Below the pieces are notes generated by a model. It ran no database searches, was not told the DNA's origin, and saw nothing but the letters and a program-made list of their open reading frames with translations. From Callorhinchus milii (taxonomy: Eukaryota), in the NCBI RefSeq assembly GCF_018977255.1, contig NW_024704742.1, positions 102,116,001-102,180,000 on the forward strand: a stretch of 64,000 nucleotides of DNA. Reading direction: 5' to 3'. This document shows positions 13,260 through 26,865 of this stretch, piece by piece (position 1 is the stretch's first letter; each line of letters opens with the position of its first letter). The position numbers were made by a program, and so were the translations under genes.

Positions 13260-14625
13260 AGAATCATAGAATCATAGAATGTTACGGCACAGAAGGAGGC
13301 CATTCGGCCCATCGAGTCTGTGCCGGCCCTTTGACAGGGCAACTGACTTTTATTAACCCCACTCACCAGCTTTCTCCCCATAACCCTGCAAACCTGTCTT
13401 CTCCAGATACCTATCCAGTTCTCTCTTAAAAGCTGTTATCGAATCGGACTTCACTGCCCTTTCAGGCAGATCATTCCAAATTCGAACAACTCGCTGAGTG
13501 AAAACATTTCTTCTAACCTCCCCTCTGCTTCTTTTGGTAGATATCTTAAGACTGTGACCACGAGACACAGACATACCTACCAGCGGAAACAGCTTTTCCC
13601 TGTCTAGCCTGTCGAAATCTTTCATGATCTTGAAGACCTCTATCAGGTCCCCGCGTAACCTTCTCTGCTCTAATGGGAAAAGTCCTAACTTTTCCAGCCT
13701 GTCCTCATAGCTAAGCTTCCCCATTCCTGGTATCATTCTCGTGAATCTCCTCTGCACCCTTTCCAGTGCCTTAATATCCTTCCTGAGGTAAGGTGCCCAG
13801 AACTGGACGCAGTACTCCAGCTGAGGCCTAACCAGTGTTTTGTACAGATTAAGCATAACCCCTACTCTTATACTCTATGCCCCTACTAATGAAGCTCAGT
13901 ACACCAAATGCCCTTTTTACTGCCCTATCTACCTGCTCTGGCACCTTCAATGAATCGCTTACTTGAACGCCCAGATATCTCTGTACGTTCACCCCCTTAA
14001 GATTGAGCTACCAAGCCTATATTGCCTCCTATCATTTTTCCTACCTAAGTGTATCACCTCGCACTTATCTACATTGAAATCCATCTGCCACATGTCAGCC
14101 CATTCCACCATTCTGTGTATGTCTGCCTGCAGTCCGTCACAATCTTCTTCACTATTTACTACCCTACCTAACTTGGTATCATCTGCAAACTTGGAAATAG
14201 TGCTCCCTATGCCCAAGTCCAGATCATTAATATATATTAGAAAGAGCAGTGGTCCCAATACCGATCCCTGGGGGACACCGCTGCACACCTCCTTCCATTG
14301 CGAGAAACACCCATTAACCACCACCCTCTGCATTCTGTCACTCAGCCAGTTCCTAATCCAAACGGCTACTGTCCCCTTAATACCGTGGGCCTCCAGTTTT
14401 TTTATTAACCTCTTATGCGGTACTGTGTCAAAAGCCTTTTTAAAATCCATGTAAATAATGTCCACCGCATTTCCCTCATCAACCCTCGCAGTCACCTCTT
14501 CAAAAAATTCTATTAGATTTGTTAGGCAAGATTTGCCTTTAACAAATCCATGTTGGCTGTCTCTAATTACCTCGTGTTCCTCTAAGTAGAGATTTATTTT
14601 GTCCCGGATTACATCCATTTTATCC
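13260..14625 (-). mobile_element. 5'-truncated CR1 LINE (RT and C-terminal part of ORF2, frameshifted)
   Basis: ORFs 13989-14654 ([34 protein letters not shown]) and 13353-13856 (LYKTLVRPQLEYCVQFW); (ATTCTATG)n tail at 13260-13280. Confidence 0.95.
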
Positions 14626-14846
14626 ATTAGTTGGCTAGAGTTCATTTTCACCATTAACTTTAGAGTACAATAAAGAAAAATCTTGCAATCTAGTGGCTAA
14701 AAATTAAATGCCATATGAAGTGACATATATGAAGGTGTAGTTGGAAATTTCCTTAAACTTATTGCAGTGGACATTTGAATGATTTAAGGAATTTAATTTC
14801 AAGGGGTGAAGGGCATCAGATGATCAATGTGTACTAACATTCCTAG

Positions 14847-15138
14847 GCAAGGCGAAACCTTAGGCAAATTTTGTTACTTCACATGGCTCTGTTTACCTAG
14901 CAGTAAGTAGGACCCCGGTTGTTAGTCGGTTGGTGGGTCATTTTCCGGGGTTAATAAATCCCCCACCCCAGAAAAAATGTGGTCGCTTAATCCACCACTG
15001 TTTGTGGGACACTGCTGTGTGCAATTAACTGCCGTGTTTCGCCCAGGAAATATAGTCAGCCCACTTTACTGTGAAGCGCTTTGAGATGCCTCAACAACAT
15101 GATAAGATGGTATATCAAATGCAAGGATTATTATTATT
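14847..15138 (+). mobile_element. 5'-truncated SINE, long form
   Basis: ggcaaggcgaaaccttaggcaa ... gggacactgctgtgtgcaatt ... aaatgcaaggattattatt. Confidence 0.8.
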
Positions 15139-15494
15139 AACATGTGTAGGATGTAGATTAGCATATGCATTTCCCACATGAGTTCTCCATCAAAGCAGGG
15201 GAAGCCAGTGGAGGCTTGCAAATCTTTCCCCAGCAGGAGGAAACGACTTTGATCTCACAGTCTAGGTTTACACTCCAATACCACACTTGGGGAGGGCTGC
15301 ATTGACTTCAGGTGAGATTTTAAACTGACGTCCTGTCTGCAGGTTAAAGAACCCATGGTACTAATTGAAAAAGAAGAGAGTTTCTCCCAGTGTCCTAGAC
15401 AACAATCTCAAAGATAAAATTGGTCATTCATTTCATGGCTATTTGTTGGACATTGCTGTGCACAAATTGGCTGCTGTTTGAATGATTGCTGTTT

Positions 15495-15800
15495 GAAGCA
15501 GCAGGAAAGCTTGCCGGACAGCAATATCAATGGCAAGCTATGTGGTTTTAGCTGGTTAGACCCCAGCAGTACCTCAACACACACTCTGGGGTCTCCAAGG
15601 CTTGGCTCTTTGCTAACCTGCGCCTAGTACTTTCCGGAATTAGGTAAACAGGATGTGTCCTTCCAGGGAGAGAGTGTGCATTTCATTCCAACAATCTTTC
15701 TCTGGAATTTCCATGTGTAGGTGGGATGCGTGGAAATCTTGGCTTGGATACTCTTAAGCACGATAATGGGTTTTTGCATGTGTCAGACACCCGGCTGACC
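15495..15800 (-). mobile_element. Unclassified interspersed repeat, copy 1 (terminal part)
   Basis: Reverse complement aligns with 40260-40545 from the shared end ggtcagccgggt.tctgacacatg. Confidence 0.75.
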
Positions 15801-15856
15801 AAAAAATAAAGTAAGCAGCTCGCTAACAAAATCTACAGTCACAACACTTTACAGTA

Positions 15857-16384
15857 AATAATAATAATAATCCTTGCATTTGAAATAGCACCTTATCACA
15901 TCTTCTAGACAATAACAACAACAACAAAATTGCATTTATAGAGCGCCTTTCATGTCGGGAGGATGTCCCAAAGTGCTGAACAGTCAGGTGTCGGGGCCCG
16001 AGCATGCAGGGGGGTGGCGTAGGGGTGAGGGAAGGCAGAGAGGTGGGAGGGAGACCAAAGGCATGGTCGAAGAGAAGGGTCTTGAGACTGACCTTGAAGG
16101 AGGCAAGGGAGGAAGCGATGCGAAGGGACCATGAGATGGAGTTCCAGAGTGTGGGGGCAGAGAGGCTGAAAACCCGGCCACGGATGGTAGGGCGGGTCGA
16201 GCGGGAGACATGGAGCAGGCTGCAGCCCAATGAATGGAGAGAGCGGGTAGACGTCTCAAAGCGCTTCACAGAATATACTGAATTGATATATCTTGTGGGC
16301 GAAATGCGTCAATTGCGCACAGTAGTGTCCCACAAACAGTCATGGATTGAGTGACCAAATTATAATTTTTTTTTTGAAGGGATT
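15857..16384 (-). mobile_element. SINE 3' part interrupted by an L2 3' fragment (15911-16247, minus)
   Basis: SINE tail breaks at cttctagac and resumes at tagac-gtctcaaagcgc; the insert has a (TTG)n tail and FSLSAPTLWNSI. Confidence 0.88.
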
Positions 16385-18225
16385 TGAAGGGAGCAGCTTA
16401 ACTACTCACACTCTTAAGATACAGGTGGTTAAGTGTTTGGGAAAAAATTAAAATGGGAGGAAAAGTATTCATCTATAAAAAGTGCACAGGTGAAGGACAA
16501 GCCCTGTACAAGAAATCAGAACAGCCAATTTTCCATTCTTTTGGTAAATCAACCATGAAAATCAACGCTTTATTTTTACATTACAAAATTCATTGCATTG
16601 TGAAACGGAAAGTTCTTTTCTGGGACAAAATTAAGAAAATAACACAACAATGATTATTCCTAAAGGCAACATACTATAGAATTCTTTGTACAACACACCA
16701 TCCTAATTGTCTCTCACATTTTCCCAGCAGCTCATATTCAATTATAGAAAAGCCAAATTTTCATTCACTTTTATTCCTAACTTTGATTGATTCAGAATAG
16801 TCAGCAGTCTATTTCAGGGTTGCTTTGAGCTTTTAACTAATTCCATCCAGTAAACCTGTGAAGTACTGCTTTCCCCTTTCCAGCAAGTAAGGGTAAGACA
16901 ATGGGTACTGTCACTAAATCTCTCAAGCAGTCATGTAGCCAAACCCTTATGTATGAGAAGCAGGTATTGTTTTTGGTATAATTTTCAATTGTTTTAATTG
17001 TGATTGTGAAGCAATCTGCCTCTGTCTCTGCCCAAGTGACAAATTATTCATGTATTACTTTATTGACAATTTCTTTGTCCATTTTGGCCTACTTCCCTTA
17101 TTGTTTCTCTATCTACCCTATGTTCTTTTGCTAGCCCCTTGAAGTGTTTCCTTTTTCTGCCAGACTCAATGGACTCAACATCAGCAGTGGTACAGTATTA
17201 CTTTCAGTAATCCATACAGTCAGTCCTCTGGGGAAAAATTGCAAGTTGCAATAGTTTCAAGATGTTGGCAAGCAAACTATTTGGAGTAAGGAGTAACTTC
17301 AACAAATTGATTCACTTTAGCTGCCTTGAATGAATTGTCTGAATTTAAAAAGCTTTAGTATCAAATGCTCCTCAAGGGCAAACCTCTTAAGTAGATAAAT
17401 AAGTATTCCTTATTTTACCGTGGATTTATTTTTTTACTTAATCTACGGTTTGTTCAGCTTGACTTGGCACAATGGTTACTTTATTTTAAATGTAATTTTA
17501 ATTTAAAATTGTAAACAGAAGATAAAAAAGTACATTTTAAGTTTTAAAGAAATAGAATATTTGAAAATGATATGCACAGACTGCACTGTGTGGTGGCTTT
17601 TTGTTTTGCAGAGATGTTTAGCTGATTTATTGGTTTATGCAGCTGATGGTAAAGAACAGTGTTTTTTCTTGAATGTATGATTGGTACTACTGTCAGTGTA
17701 AGCAGACAAAGCAGAGATATGCTGCTATATTAGCTGCTTGAGAAAAGTTTGCTAATTCCATTCCCTGGAGTCTTGCACGTGCTCCTATGTTCCAATGGAC
17801 TGCAAGGCTGGATGTTACCCAGTGCAAGTACATAACCCGTGGGGACACTTTGACATCTTCATGCCTATATTGATGCATTTAAATGCAATAGATAATACCA
17901 TGCTTATCTCAGGCAGGGGTCTTGATATGCTGGAAACTGAAGAACCACTCTCTGCTTGGCTAACAATGGCACAAAGAGATCCCCAATCTGAGATCCAAAA
18001 CACCCACCATAGAACTTACAAAATCAAGTCAGGGCAGTGGCCATTATTGTGGTGGTGACAGCTATTTGTATAGGCTGTGTCTAATAGAGTCTCTGCTTAG
18101 TGAGGTAAATATTCTGTGCATCCATGCATGATTTGCACACTTGAAATTATTTTGCATGCACCAAGATAGTAAAACAAGAGGACATAGGTTTAGAGCTGAA
18201 AGTGACAATTTCAGGACAGACACCA

Positions 18226-18553
18226 CAACAACAACAACAACAAGATTCCATTTATAAAGCGCCTTTCACGTCAGGAGGACGTCCCAAGGCGCTGCACAGT
18301 TGGGTCATGACCCAAGGAGGGGGGAAATGGTCAGGGTGAGGGGAGGGAAGGGAGGGAGTGAGGAGGGGGGAAATGGTCAGGATGAGGGGAGGGAAGGGAG
18401 GGAGCGAGGAGGGGGAAGAGAGTCGAGAGGGGAGCTGAAGGCTCGGTCAAAGAGAAAGGTTTTGAGACCGGCCTTGAAGGAGGAGAGGGAGGAAGCAAGG
18501 CGAAGGCACTGGGGCATAGAGTTCCAGAGCCTAGGGGCTGAGAGGCTGAAGGC
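18226..18553 (-). mobile_element. Young L2 3' fragment inserted in an old plus-strand CR1 3' end (~18170-18750)
   Basis: Nearly identical to 26717-27043; flanks rejoin as CR1-like FRTDT|RKVFFIQRVINDWN. Confidence 0.9.
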
Positions 18554-19604
18554 CAGGAAGGTTTTCTTTATTCAGAGAGTAATTAATGACTGGAACAGGA
18601 TACCAAGGAAGTGTGGTTAAAGCTAGGACACTGGACACATTTAAAACACAGCTTAATGCTTTGAATGCTGTGACAGAATGGAAGGAATGCAATAAGGATG
18701 GAATCAGATGGGCCGAAGGCCTTATTTGCCTTAATTAATCTTGTGATTGTTTGTTCTAATATGGAATCATGTTCGAAAAACTGTAAAACCTTGAGCAAGC
18801 AAGCGTTGTTGTAATATTAACTGGTAAACTTTCACAAAGAAGCTACTGGAAATAACTGACACAGTGTTATATTACAGGCCACTGCCAAAGGCATATTTCA
18901 AACTGATGTAGGGTTCAACCTCATGCACTAATCATGTTATAAAGGGGAGCCTTGATTAATGTGTGGACACCGCAAACCGCATGTTACAGACAATGTCAAT
19001 TAAATGAACAGACCTTATAACAGACCTTCAACTGTCAGTGTACCTTTCACAACATGTCCTGCATCTGCCAAAGTTAAGATGATAGCCCCTCTATCTTCAC
19101 TGGATCTAATTTACATTTCCATGTTTCAAACAGCAACTGATTGGATAGAATTATTTCCTGTCACTGTTTTTCCAAATCTCAAATGTATTATTGTGCATTC
19201 TCTGGGCCCTGAAGAGCACTAAACCATGACATTCTAGACCTCTGTAACCTTTGAACTTTCAAGTATTGTTGAAGTCACATGAATTATTCCAAGATGGAAA
19301 TTTGCTGATGTTTATGGTGTGCTCCGACTGACCCTGTTGCTGATTGTTCTTTATCAGCATGATATTGGATGAAGAAGACCCATTGGCCCATTTGATCTCA
19401 TCATTCTACCCTACTGTCTTCCAAACACAGACCAACAATAACTTGAACATATCTCTTTTAGAGATAAAAATGGAGGGGAGTGGGAAGAGGTGGCTGAGTA
19501 ATGTGATGTGATAGTTTTCACCAGTAATAATGTAATAAGATAAATATCACATGTGAGAATTGTCACATTCATGTACCCCCTCTCTCATGTGACAAAGAGA
19601 ATTG

Positions 19605-20055
19605 AACCATAGAAATTGACAGCACAGAAGGAGAATATTTAGCCTATTGTAACCGTATTGGCTCTCCAAAAGAGCCATCTTCTTAGTCCCATTTTAGATT
19701 TCTAATTTTAAGACAGTTATCTAATTCCCTCTTAAAGCTATTATAGATTCTACCTCATTCACAGTTTCAGGTATACCATTCCATGTGCTGATAAGCCCGT
19801 GTATATACAAAAAAATCACCTAATCCCTCCCTTTGCTCTTTTGGTAATATTTTAAATCTATATCTTCTCGTTGCTGACTCACTGACCAGTGGAAATAATT
19901 ACAATATCAAAATCCTGTCTAATTTTAAAAACTCTATCAGGTACCCTTTCAATCTTCTCTGTTCCAGGGAGTAAAACCTCTCAACCCTGGTATCAATCAA
20001 TCTGGTGAATCTCCTCTGTGCTCTCTTTTATGGCCTTGACACCCTTCCTGTAATG
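19605..20055 (-). mobile_element. Decayed CR1 3' fragment
   Basis: Degenerate match to 13270-13800 (catagaaatt.acagcacagaaggag...ctggtgaatctcctctg). Confidence 0.7.
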
Positions 20056-20224
20056 GGGTGCATGAATCTTGTGAAATGGATTGATTGTCTGGTGTCAGAA
20101 AGCAAGTCATTTCATGCTGGGATGACACAATATCATGGTATATCAAATCCATATCAGTCCATTAAATTGTATTGTTTTAACTGGAAGCCAGAGAATTAGA
20201 ATGCGATTACTGGTCGCTGAGTAC

Positions 20225-20465
20225 CCCTCAACCTCTGGAACTCCCTCTCTCTATCCGTCTGCCTTGCCTCCTCTCTCACTGTCTTTAAGCTCTGCCTTGA
20301 AACCTACCTGCCTATCAGTCATCTCTCCATTGCCCTCTTCCCCACCCCACCCCCCCCCCCACGTCCCACCTCCCCACCCCGTCTTGGCATCTGACCCCAC
20401 CTTTGTAAAGTGCTCCAAGACATTATCCTATGTGAAGGCCACTGTATAAATGCAAGTTGTTGCTA
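20225..20465 (+). mobile_element. Decayed L2 3' end
   Basis: ctctggaactccctc...ccttgaaacctacc...tataaatgcaagttgttg. Confidence 0.65.
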
Positions 20466-21354
20466 TTAAATACAATACAAAAGTTCTGTTAAGACCAGGA
20501 TAAGCCTTTTTCTAGGGCACAGTCATAGTTAGGAAAAGCATGCATAATGAAAATGTCGATATGTACTTGGGCACTTTTTAAAGTGATTATTTTTACAAAA
20601 AATCATTCAACCATTGAAGATCCTAAAATCAACTTTCATATACTGCCAACAGACAGTTGAGCGGGTGTTAGACAGAATAACATGGGCTGGTGCTGAGAAT
20701 CTGCTAAGGGTACAATGCCTAACATTTGTGGTTCTGTTTAAAACTTCAGAAGTGAGATTGTGTTCTTAACATAACATAACATAACATGTAGGAGCAGGAA
20801 TAAACCATTCGGCCCTTCGAGCGTGCCCCGCCATTCAATCATGGCTGATCTTCTAATCTAACTCCAGCTAATAACCTGACCCTGCCTTATTCCCATATCC
20901 CTTAATCACTTATGCAATAAGAAATCTATCCATCTCAGTCTTGAATATGTTCAAGCAATGTTCTTCCAGTACTAGTCTCTACAGATGTGCATCCTGTCTG
21001 ACCTGCATTGTAGGTTTGCAGAGACTTTGAGATATTGTGTGGTTCGAGTTCTAAATTCAGGATAAATCTGCTTTGATTTCATGTGCTCTGCAAGTGAATT
21101 TTCTGTAGTTCTGAGCTGAAGAAACACAGAACAGCACTCACCAGGGGGCGGGAGGGGAGATTGAAGATGTTGTCCTTAGTAATAGTCTGGATCGGAACTT
21201 AAAATATCTCTCATATAAATACGATGGCCACACACCTGGAGTACTGCGTACAGTTGTGGCTACTGTGACACGCCACTTGTGGTTCAGTCTCCAGTAGCAG
21301 CAGCCACTTACCTCTTTGAGACCCTGTTTACCTACTGGGGGAGGTTAGCAAGGT

Positions 21355-22000
21355 CCCAGAGAGGTTAAATAGCTGCTGCTCAAGCTCCATACTTCCAATT
21401 GCTCAATGGGAAGGGATGTGTGTCCGAGCTGTGGGTAGGAAGATGGTGGCAATGCTCTCACATATTTCATGTTGAGCTGTGTTGCAAACCAGGAAGCTCA
21501 CAGGGAGTTCCTTGTACCTACCATCCAACTAGTGAGGACTCAAACACACATTTGTTGGATGTCAAATAACCAACTGGTGACTATGCTCCAGTTTAGGGGT
21601 AGGTAAGCAGTGTTTTCTTGGAGCTGACCTGACTCCAAGGAGACATGTTTGCAATGCAATACCAGAATCGAGTCAACCCTCTGTGGCAATCTCAGTCATC
21701 CAGTTCCTGAGGTGGACGGGACCTCAGTAATCCAGTGCACTGCTGATGACAGCCAGCCAGCCTGGCTCGTGGGCAGGACTTGCAAGGGCAAACCAGTCAA
21801 TGGGGGCAGGGACTCTTTCTACTCAGCGCTAGTTAACCCGCAAAGGCAAAGCACAAGGAGGTAGGATGGTTTCCTAGTGGAACAAACAGCGTAAAAGCTT
21901 GCCAGACAGTACTCTCAATGACAAGTTATGCAATTTTAGCTGGATAGACTTGAGCTGTACCCTAACTCACCCTCTGGGGACCCCAAGCCGTGACTCTTGC
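21355..22000 (-). mobile_element. Unclassified interspersed repeat, copy 2
   Basis: Reverse complement aligns colinearly with 40430-41040 (ctcaggaactgga..gaga.tgccacaga; acagctca.catgaaatatgtgagag.attgccacca). Confidence 0.75.
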
Positions 22001-22094
22001 CAACCTGCACCTGAAAGGTTACAAAACTAGGTGCTGGCAATGGTCACAAATTGTGGTTGCAGCAATGGATACAGAACTCGATAATGGCAATGGT

Positions 22095-23677
22095 CACACC
22101 TTTGAACCTGTCACCCCCTCCTCTGTCATCACCACCATATCCTCCATGAAGCTCACCACCTGCTCCCTGGACCCCATCCCCACTCCTCTTCTTAAATCCC
22201 AGCTCCACCTACTTGCCCCACTACTCGCCGACATCATCAACCTCTCATTGTCATCTACCCCTCAAAACAGCCAACATCACCCCCACCTTGAAGAAACTTT
22301 CCCCTGACTCACCACAGCTATCCAGCTACTGGCCCATCTCCCACCTTCCTTTTCTGTCAGTATTCTGCCTAAGGTCTTCGAGAGAGCCGTTGCCTCCCAA
22401 CTTCGCTCTTTCCTCTCCTCTCACTCCCTCTATGAGCCCCTCCAATCGAAACTGCTCTGGTCAAGGTCACAAAAGACATCCTGACCACATGTGACCAGGG
22501 CTCCCTCTGCCTCCTCGTCCTCCTCGACCTCTCCACCGCCTTTGATACTGTGGACCACTCAATCCTCCTCCATCGCTTCTCCTCCTACCTCAACCTTCAA
22601 GGTTCTGTGCTTGACTGGTTCAGGTCCTACCTTTCACACTGCCTCCATTTCGTCTCAGCAAATGGCTTCTCCTCCAGCCCCCGCACCGTCTTGTGTGGCG
22701 TTCCTCAGGGTTCTGTCCTCGGTCCCCGCCTCTTCACCCTCTACATGCTTCCCCTTGGTGACATCATCTGCAGGCATGGGGTAAATTTCCATATGTATGC
22801 GGATGACACCCAACTCCAACTCTCCACCTCCACCCTCAACTCCAGGCCTACTGGCATCCTGACCGACCGCCTATCTGACATCAAGTCCTGGACGAGGGAC
22901 AACTTTCTCCAACTGAACCTTGGGCGCTGGCAGCATCAGCATCCACGGCTGCACACTCAACCTCACTAAGCCAGTCAGGAACCTGGGTGTCTTGTTTGAT
23001 CCTGAACTGTCCTTTCTCCCCACATCCGCGCCATGACCGGCACTGCCTACGACCACCTCCGCAACATTGCCAGACTCCACCACTGCTTCACCCCTCAGGC
23101 TGCCTAAACTCCCTCCTCATCGGCCTTCCCAACTCTTCCCTTCACAAGCTGCAGATCATCCCAAACTCTGCAACTTGTATACACTCACGCACCAGGCTCC
23201 GTGACCCCATCACTCCCACCCTCGCCCGACTCCATTGGCTCTCCATCCCTCAGAGAATCGAGTTCAAGATCCTCATCCTCACTTTCAAGGCCATCCATGG
23301 CCTTGCCCCCTCCTACTTCTCTGACCTGCTTACTCCCTACCTATCTACCCGCTCCCTCCATTCAGTGGGCTCCGGCCTGCTCCATGTCTCCCACCCGACC
23401 CGCCCTACCATCGGTAGCTGAGCTTTCAGCCTCTCTGCCCCCACACTCCATCCCACAGTCCCTTCGCCTCTCTTCCTCCCTTGCCTTCTTCAAGGCCAGT
23501 CTCAAGAACCTCCTCTTCGTTCATGCCTTAAGTTGGCTTTCCACCTCTCTGCTTTCCCTCACCCCTACTCCACCCCTCCCCCATGCTCAGGTCCTGACCC
23601 TTGACTGTCCAGCGCCTTGGGATGTTCTCCCGACATGAAAGGCCCTCTATAACTGTAATTTTGTTGTTGTTGTTGTT
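22095..23677 (+). mobile_element. 5'-truncated, frameshifted L2 LINE (RT to 3' end)
   Basis: [34 protein letters not shown] and LARLHWLSIPQRIEFKIL spread over several frames; (TTG)n tail. Confidence 0.93.
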
Positions 23678-26462
23678 GGTCACAAAGAAACTTCTGGCTA
23701 TGTTAACAAAAGTCAGTTCCAACAATGGTCGTAAAACTCGGTTCCAGAAATGATTCCAGCAGATGTAACAAAAATGGTTGGGGCAATGATCACAATTTTA
23801 CTGACCTTTGATAATTTGCCCTACGTAATCTTATTTAAATGGTCTCACAAAACCGGTATTAGAGAATCTCCATCCCACAGATATAAAAATAAATCAGAGG
23901 TTATCAGAGACTGTTGAAATGCTAATTTACAATTTGTACAGTTTAGTTTCCACAGTGAGAACATGTAAGAGATGAGGAAGCAATTCACACCTTTCCTTAT
24001 TAAATTACAGAATGAAGTTTGAAACATTTTAATCTGCCAAAACATCTGAAAATCCCATTTCAATTGACTGGTTGTGTGCAAAATACTGCCAACTTAATTT
24101 TAGTTGAAAAAATGTTTTCAAAAAAAGCCAGCATGCCATTTCGTAAAAGATTATGGAACTTTCGGTTTTGATAAGTTGACATCAAATCCAATTTTATTTT
24201 TCAAACCATTTCCACACTTGGATGAGGAGACCAATGTAGCGCATTGCGTTTCAGTTTATTTTAATTCAATCCTTTGTAGCACACAGGACCTATAAGCACT
24301 TAAACAACCCTGTAGCAATTTGTTTTCACCGTTTGAACAGTCAGATCTTCATACACATTACTTTCTCAGTTTCAGATCAGAATGTGCAATAATATATTCT
24401 GCTGGTGCGCTGTATTTGAAAAATTCAGATAAAACAACTAGTGTTTCCTCTTTTCTTCACAACATGGGGGAAAGAGGAAAGTTGCATTAAACACAATGGA
24501 ACTTGTGAACAGAGATGTGTAGTCACAAGGGACACCACATGGGAACAAATCCATCAACTGGAAACTCTTTAGAAGCTTACAACTATAGTTTGCAACAAAT
24601 CTGTTGATTTTTGAAATGTTATCCTGCAGCAGGATCTGTTCGTGTCTAAAAGTAGCAGCCGCACCTACTTGTTCTGTAGTGATCAAAGAAGAAAAGATTC
24701 TAAACAAAAGATTGCATTGGAAAGCAAAAGTTTAATGAAACCTCTTTAAAGCTAATTAATAAATACCAGCAGCATGAGGTAAGATGCATAATGATGAGGG
24801 GCTGTGGGTTTCATATGCCTGTACTTAGCATCTTGTAAATAGGAATCAACAAGACTATTTCTTTTCCAATCACATGTACGAAGATTAGTTGTCTACTCTT
24901 TGGTGCAGACCTGCTAAACATTTTTATTGGCTCCAGTACAAAGACTGACAGTACCTATAAATCAGCTTTCTCAGGAGAGTGTCTACAGCGTGAGAATACA
25001 AAATTGCCTTCCTGTTTGTAGTGATGCAGAAAATATGTAACTATGAATATTTCCTTACCAGTATTTCAGGACAGTAAACATTCTTCATAGACTGGACCTG
25101 AATTTTAATACTCTTTATCCTCTGGCATTGCTTTACTGTAAATGACCTACAATACCCGCTATGCTTATTAAATCTGCAGTATATCTTTTGGATGCCTATT
25201 AAGTCAATTTTAAACCACTATATCTGTCTTTTTATTTATAATCTCCCTGAACTTGACTATGCCGCGCTGTAATATTAACTCTTTGAGATTCTTAAAGTAG
25301 TAATAGCACTATTGGTCTGTGCAGTTTTTGAATACAGCTCAAAGTTTACATTTATGCACGCTCAGATCTATATAGGTTTTATTTGAAACCTGTCTCCTCC
25401 AAAATATATTGCAGTCTTTGGGTAGGTATGTTTGAATCTATAATTTTGTTGAACATTGTGTCTATCTTCTGCATATAAATAGCTAAATAATGGCTCGCAT
25501 ATTTTCTTTAGTTGGAAGCAGTTAAAACATACGTTGTGCATTTTAAATATGTCGAGCTATTGAAGTGATGTACAGATAAGAGTTTATTTGAATCTGATTT
25601 ACAGCTGCTAAAAGTGCTATGAGTAAGGGATTCAGCATGCTTTAAAGTAAAATTGGAAGTGGGCGTTAGGAGCAATGTTCACACACATACCTGACCAGTT
25701 TATATAATTTTGGAAGAAATATAAGGAGCTGGGAGCTGGCACGGGATGATTTACGATGGGAAAGGAATAGACAGTTTCATTATAGGAAGTCTCCTGGAAA
25801 TTGCTCTTTCGAGCACTTGGACAATGCTTTCAAAAGAACCATTAAAAAAGTGAAGTTACAGTTTTTACAACAGTTACATGAGTTGTGTTGGAGGTAATGA
25901 GTGTGGATCTGGGTACTGGTACAAGCTCGTGCTCTGAATACTAATAGATTTTAATATAATGCCATGTATTATAATAATATATTTTACACTTGTGTTTCCT
26001 TCAAAGTTGGAAACTAATAATGTTTGAGAAATACAATTAGAACAGCTGATGGAGCAATTTGGACTACATTGCATCACCCACAGTTCAGTGGTGCTGTTCA
26101 TGCTGTTCTGCTGTTATTAATGATACTGCACACAAAGACGGTGGGCCCAATTTTCCCTCTTTCAGGATACAAAGTTAAACATTCTTTCACCAGACTTCCA
26201 TCTGTGCACTAACTTGCAATTTCCCAACTTGTATTGAGAAGTGCTCAAGGCACGTTTGAATGGACTGAAATAAGTAAAGCCTGTTTTTAGGATGGGTTTT
26301 CCATGACCAGGGGGGAACAGCTGTGGGGAGCAATTTAGCAGTAATTGTCATTCTTCAGAAAGGTTCAGATTGATAGTATTTTTGGAAATAATTGTGTTTG
26401 TTTTTCCCCTTATACATTTCTCTCCTTTCCTGGAGGTGCTGATTTCGTGCTGGAGTTCAGTG

Positions 26463-26716
26463 CCAGGAGAATCCAGGCCCTCGAGTACCCATCCAAGTCC
26501 CCCACCTCGAGTACCCCATCTCTCATCTTGTCCATTCCCTCACCACCAACTGTCCCCTCTGCATCGGCCTACAAAATGTCTGATCCCTTTCCAGCAAAAT
26601 GCTCACCATCTAAGATCTCATTGTCCCCAAAAACATTGACATCCTCGCCCTCATCGAAACCTGGGTCACCCCATATGACACCTTCTCCCTGACTGAGGCC
26701 ACACCACCCGGCTACA
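26463..26716 (+). mobile_element. 5' part of an older L2 (start of endonuclease), host of the full-length insertion
   Basis: Translates with stops as [46 protein letters not shown]; continues at 30881. Confidence 0.85.
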
Positions 26717-26865
26717 ACAACAACAACAACAAGATTCCATTTATAGAGCGCCTTTCACGTCAGGAGGACGTCCCAAGGCGCTGCACAGTTGGGTCACGAC
26801 CCGAGCAGGGGGGAAATGGTCAGGGTGAGGGGAGGGAAGGGAGGGAGAGAGGAGGGGGGAAATGG

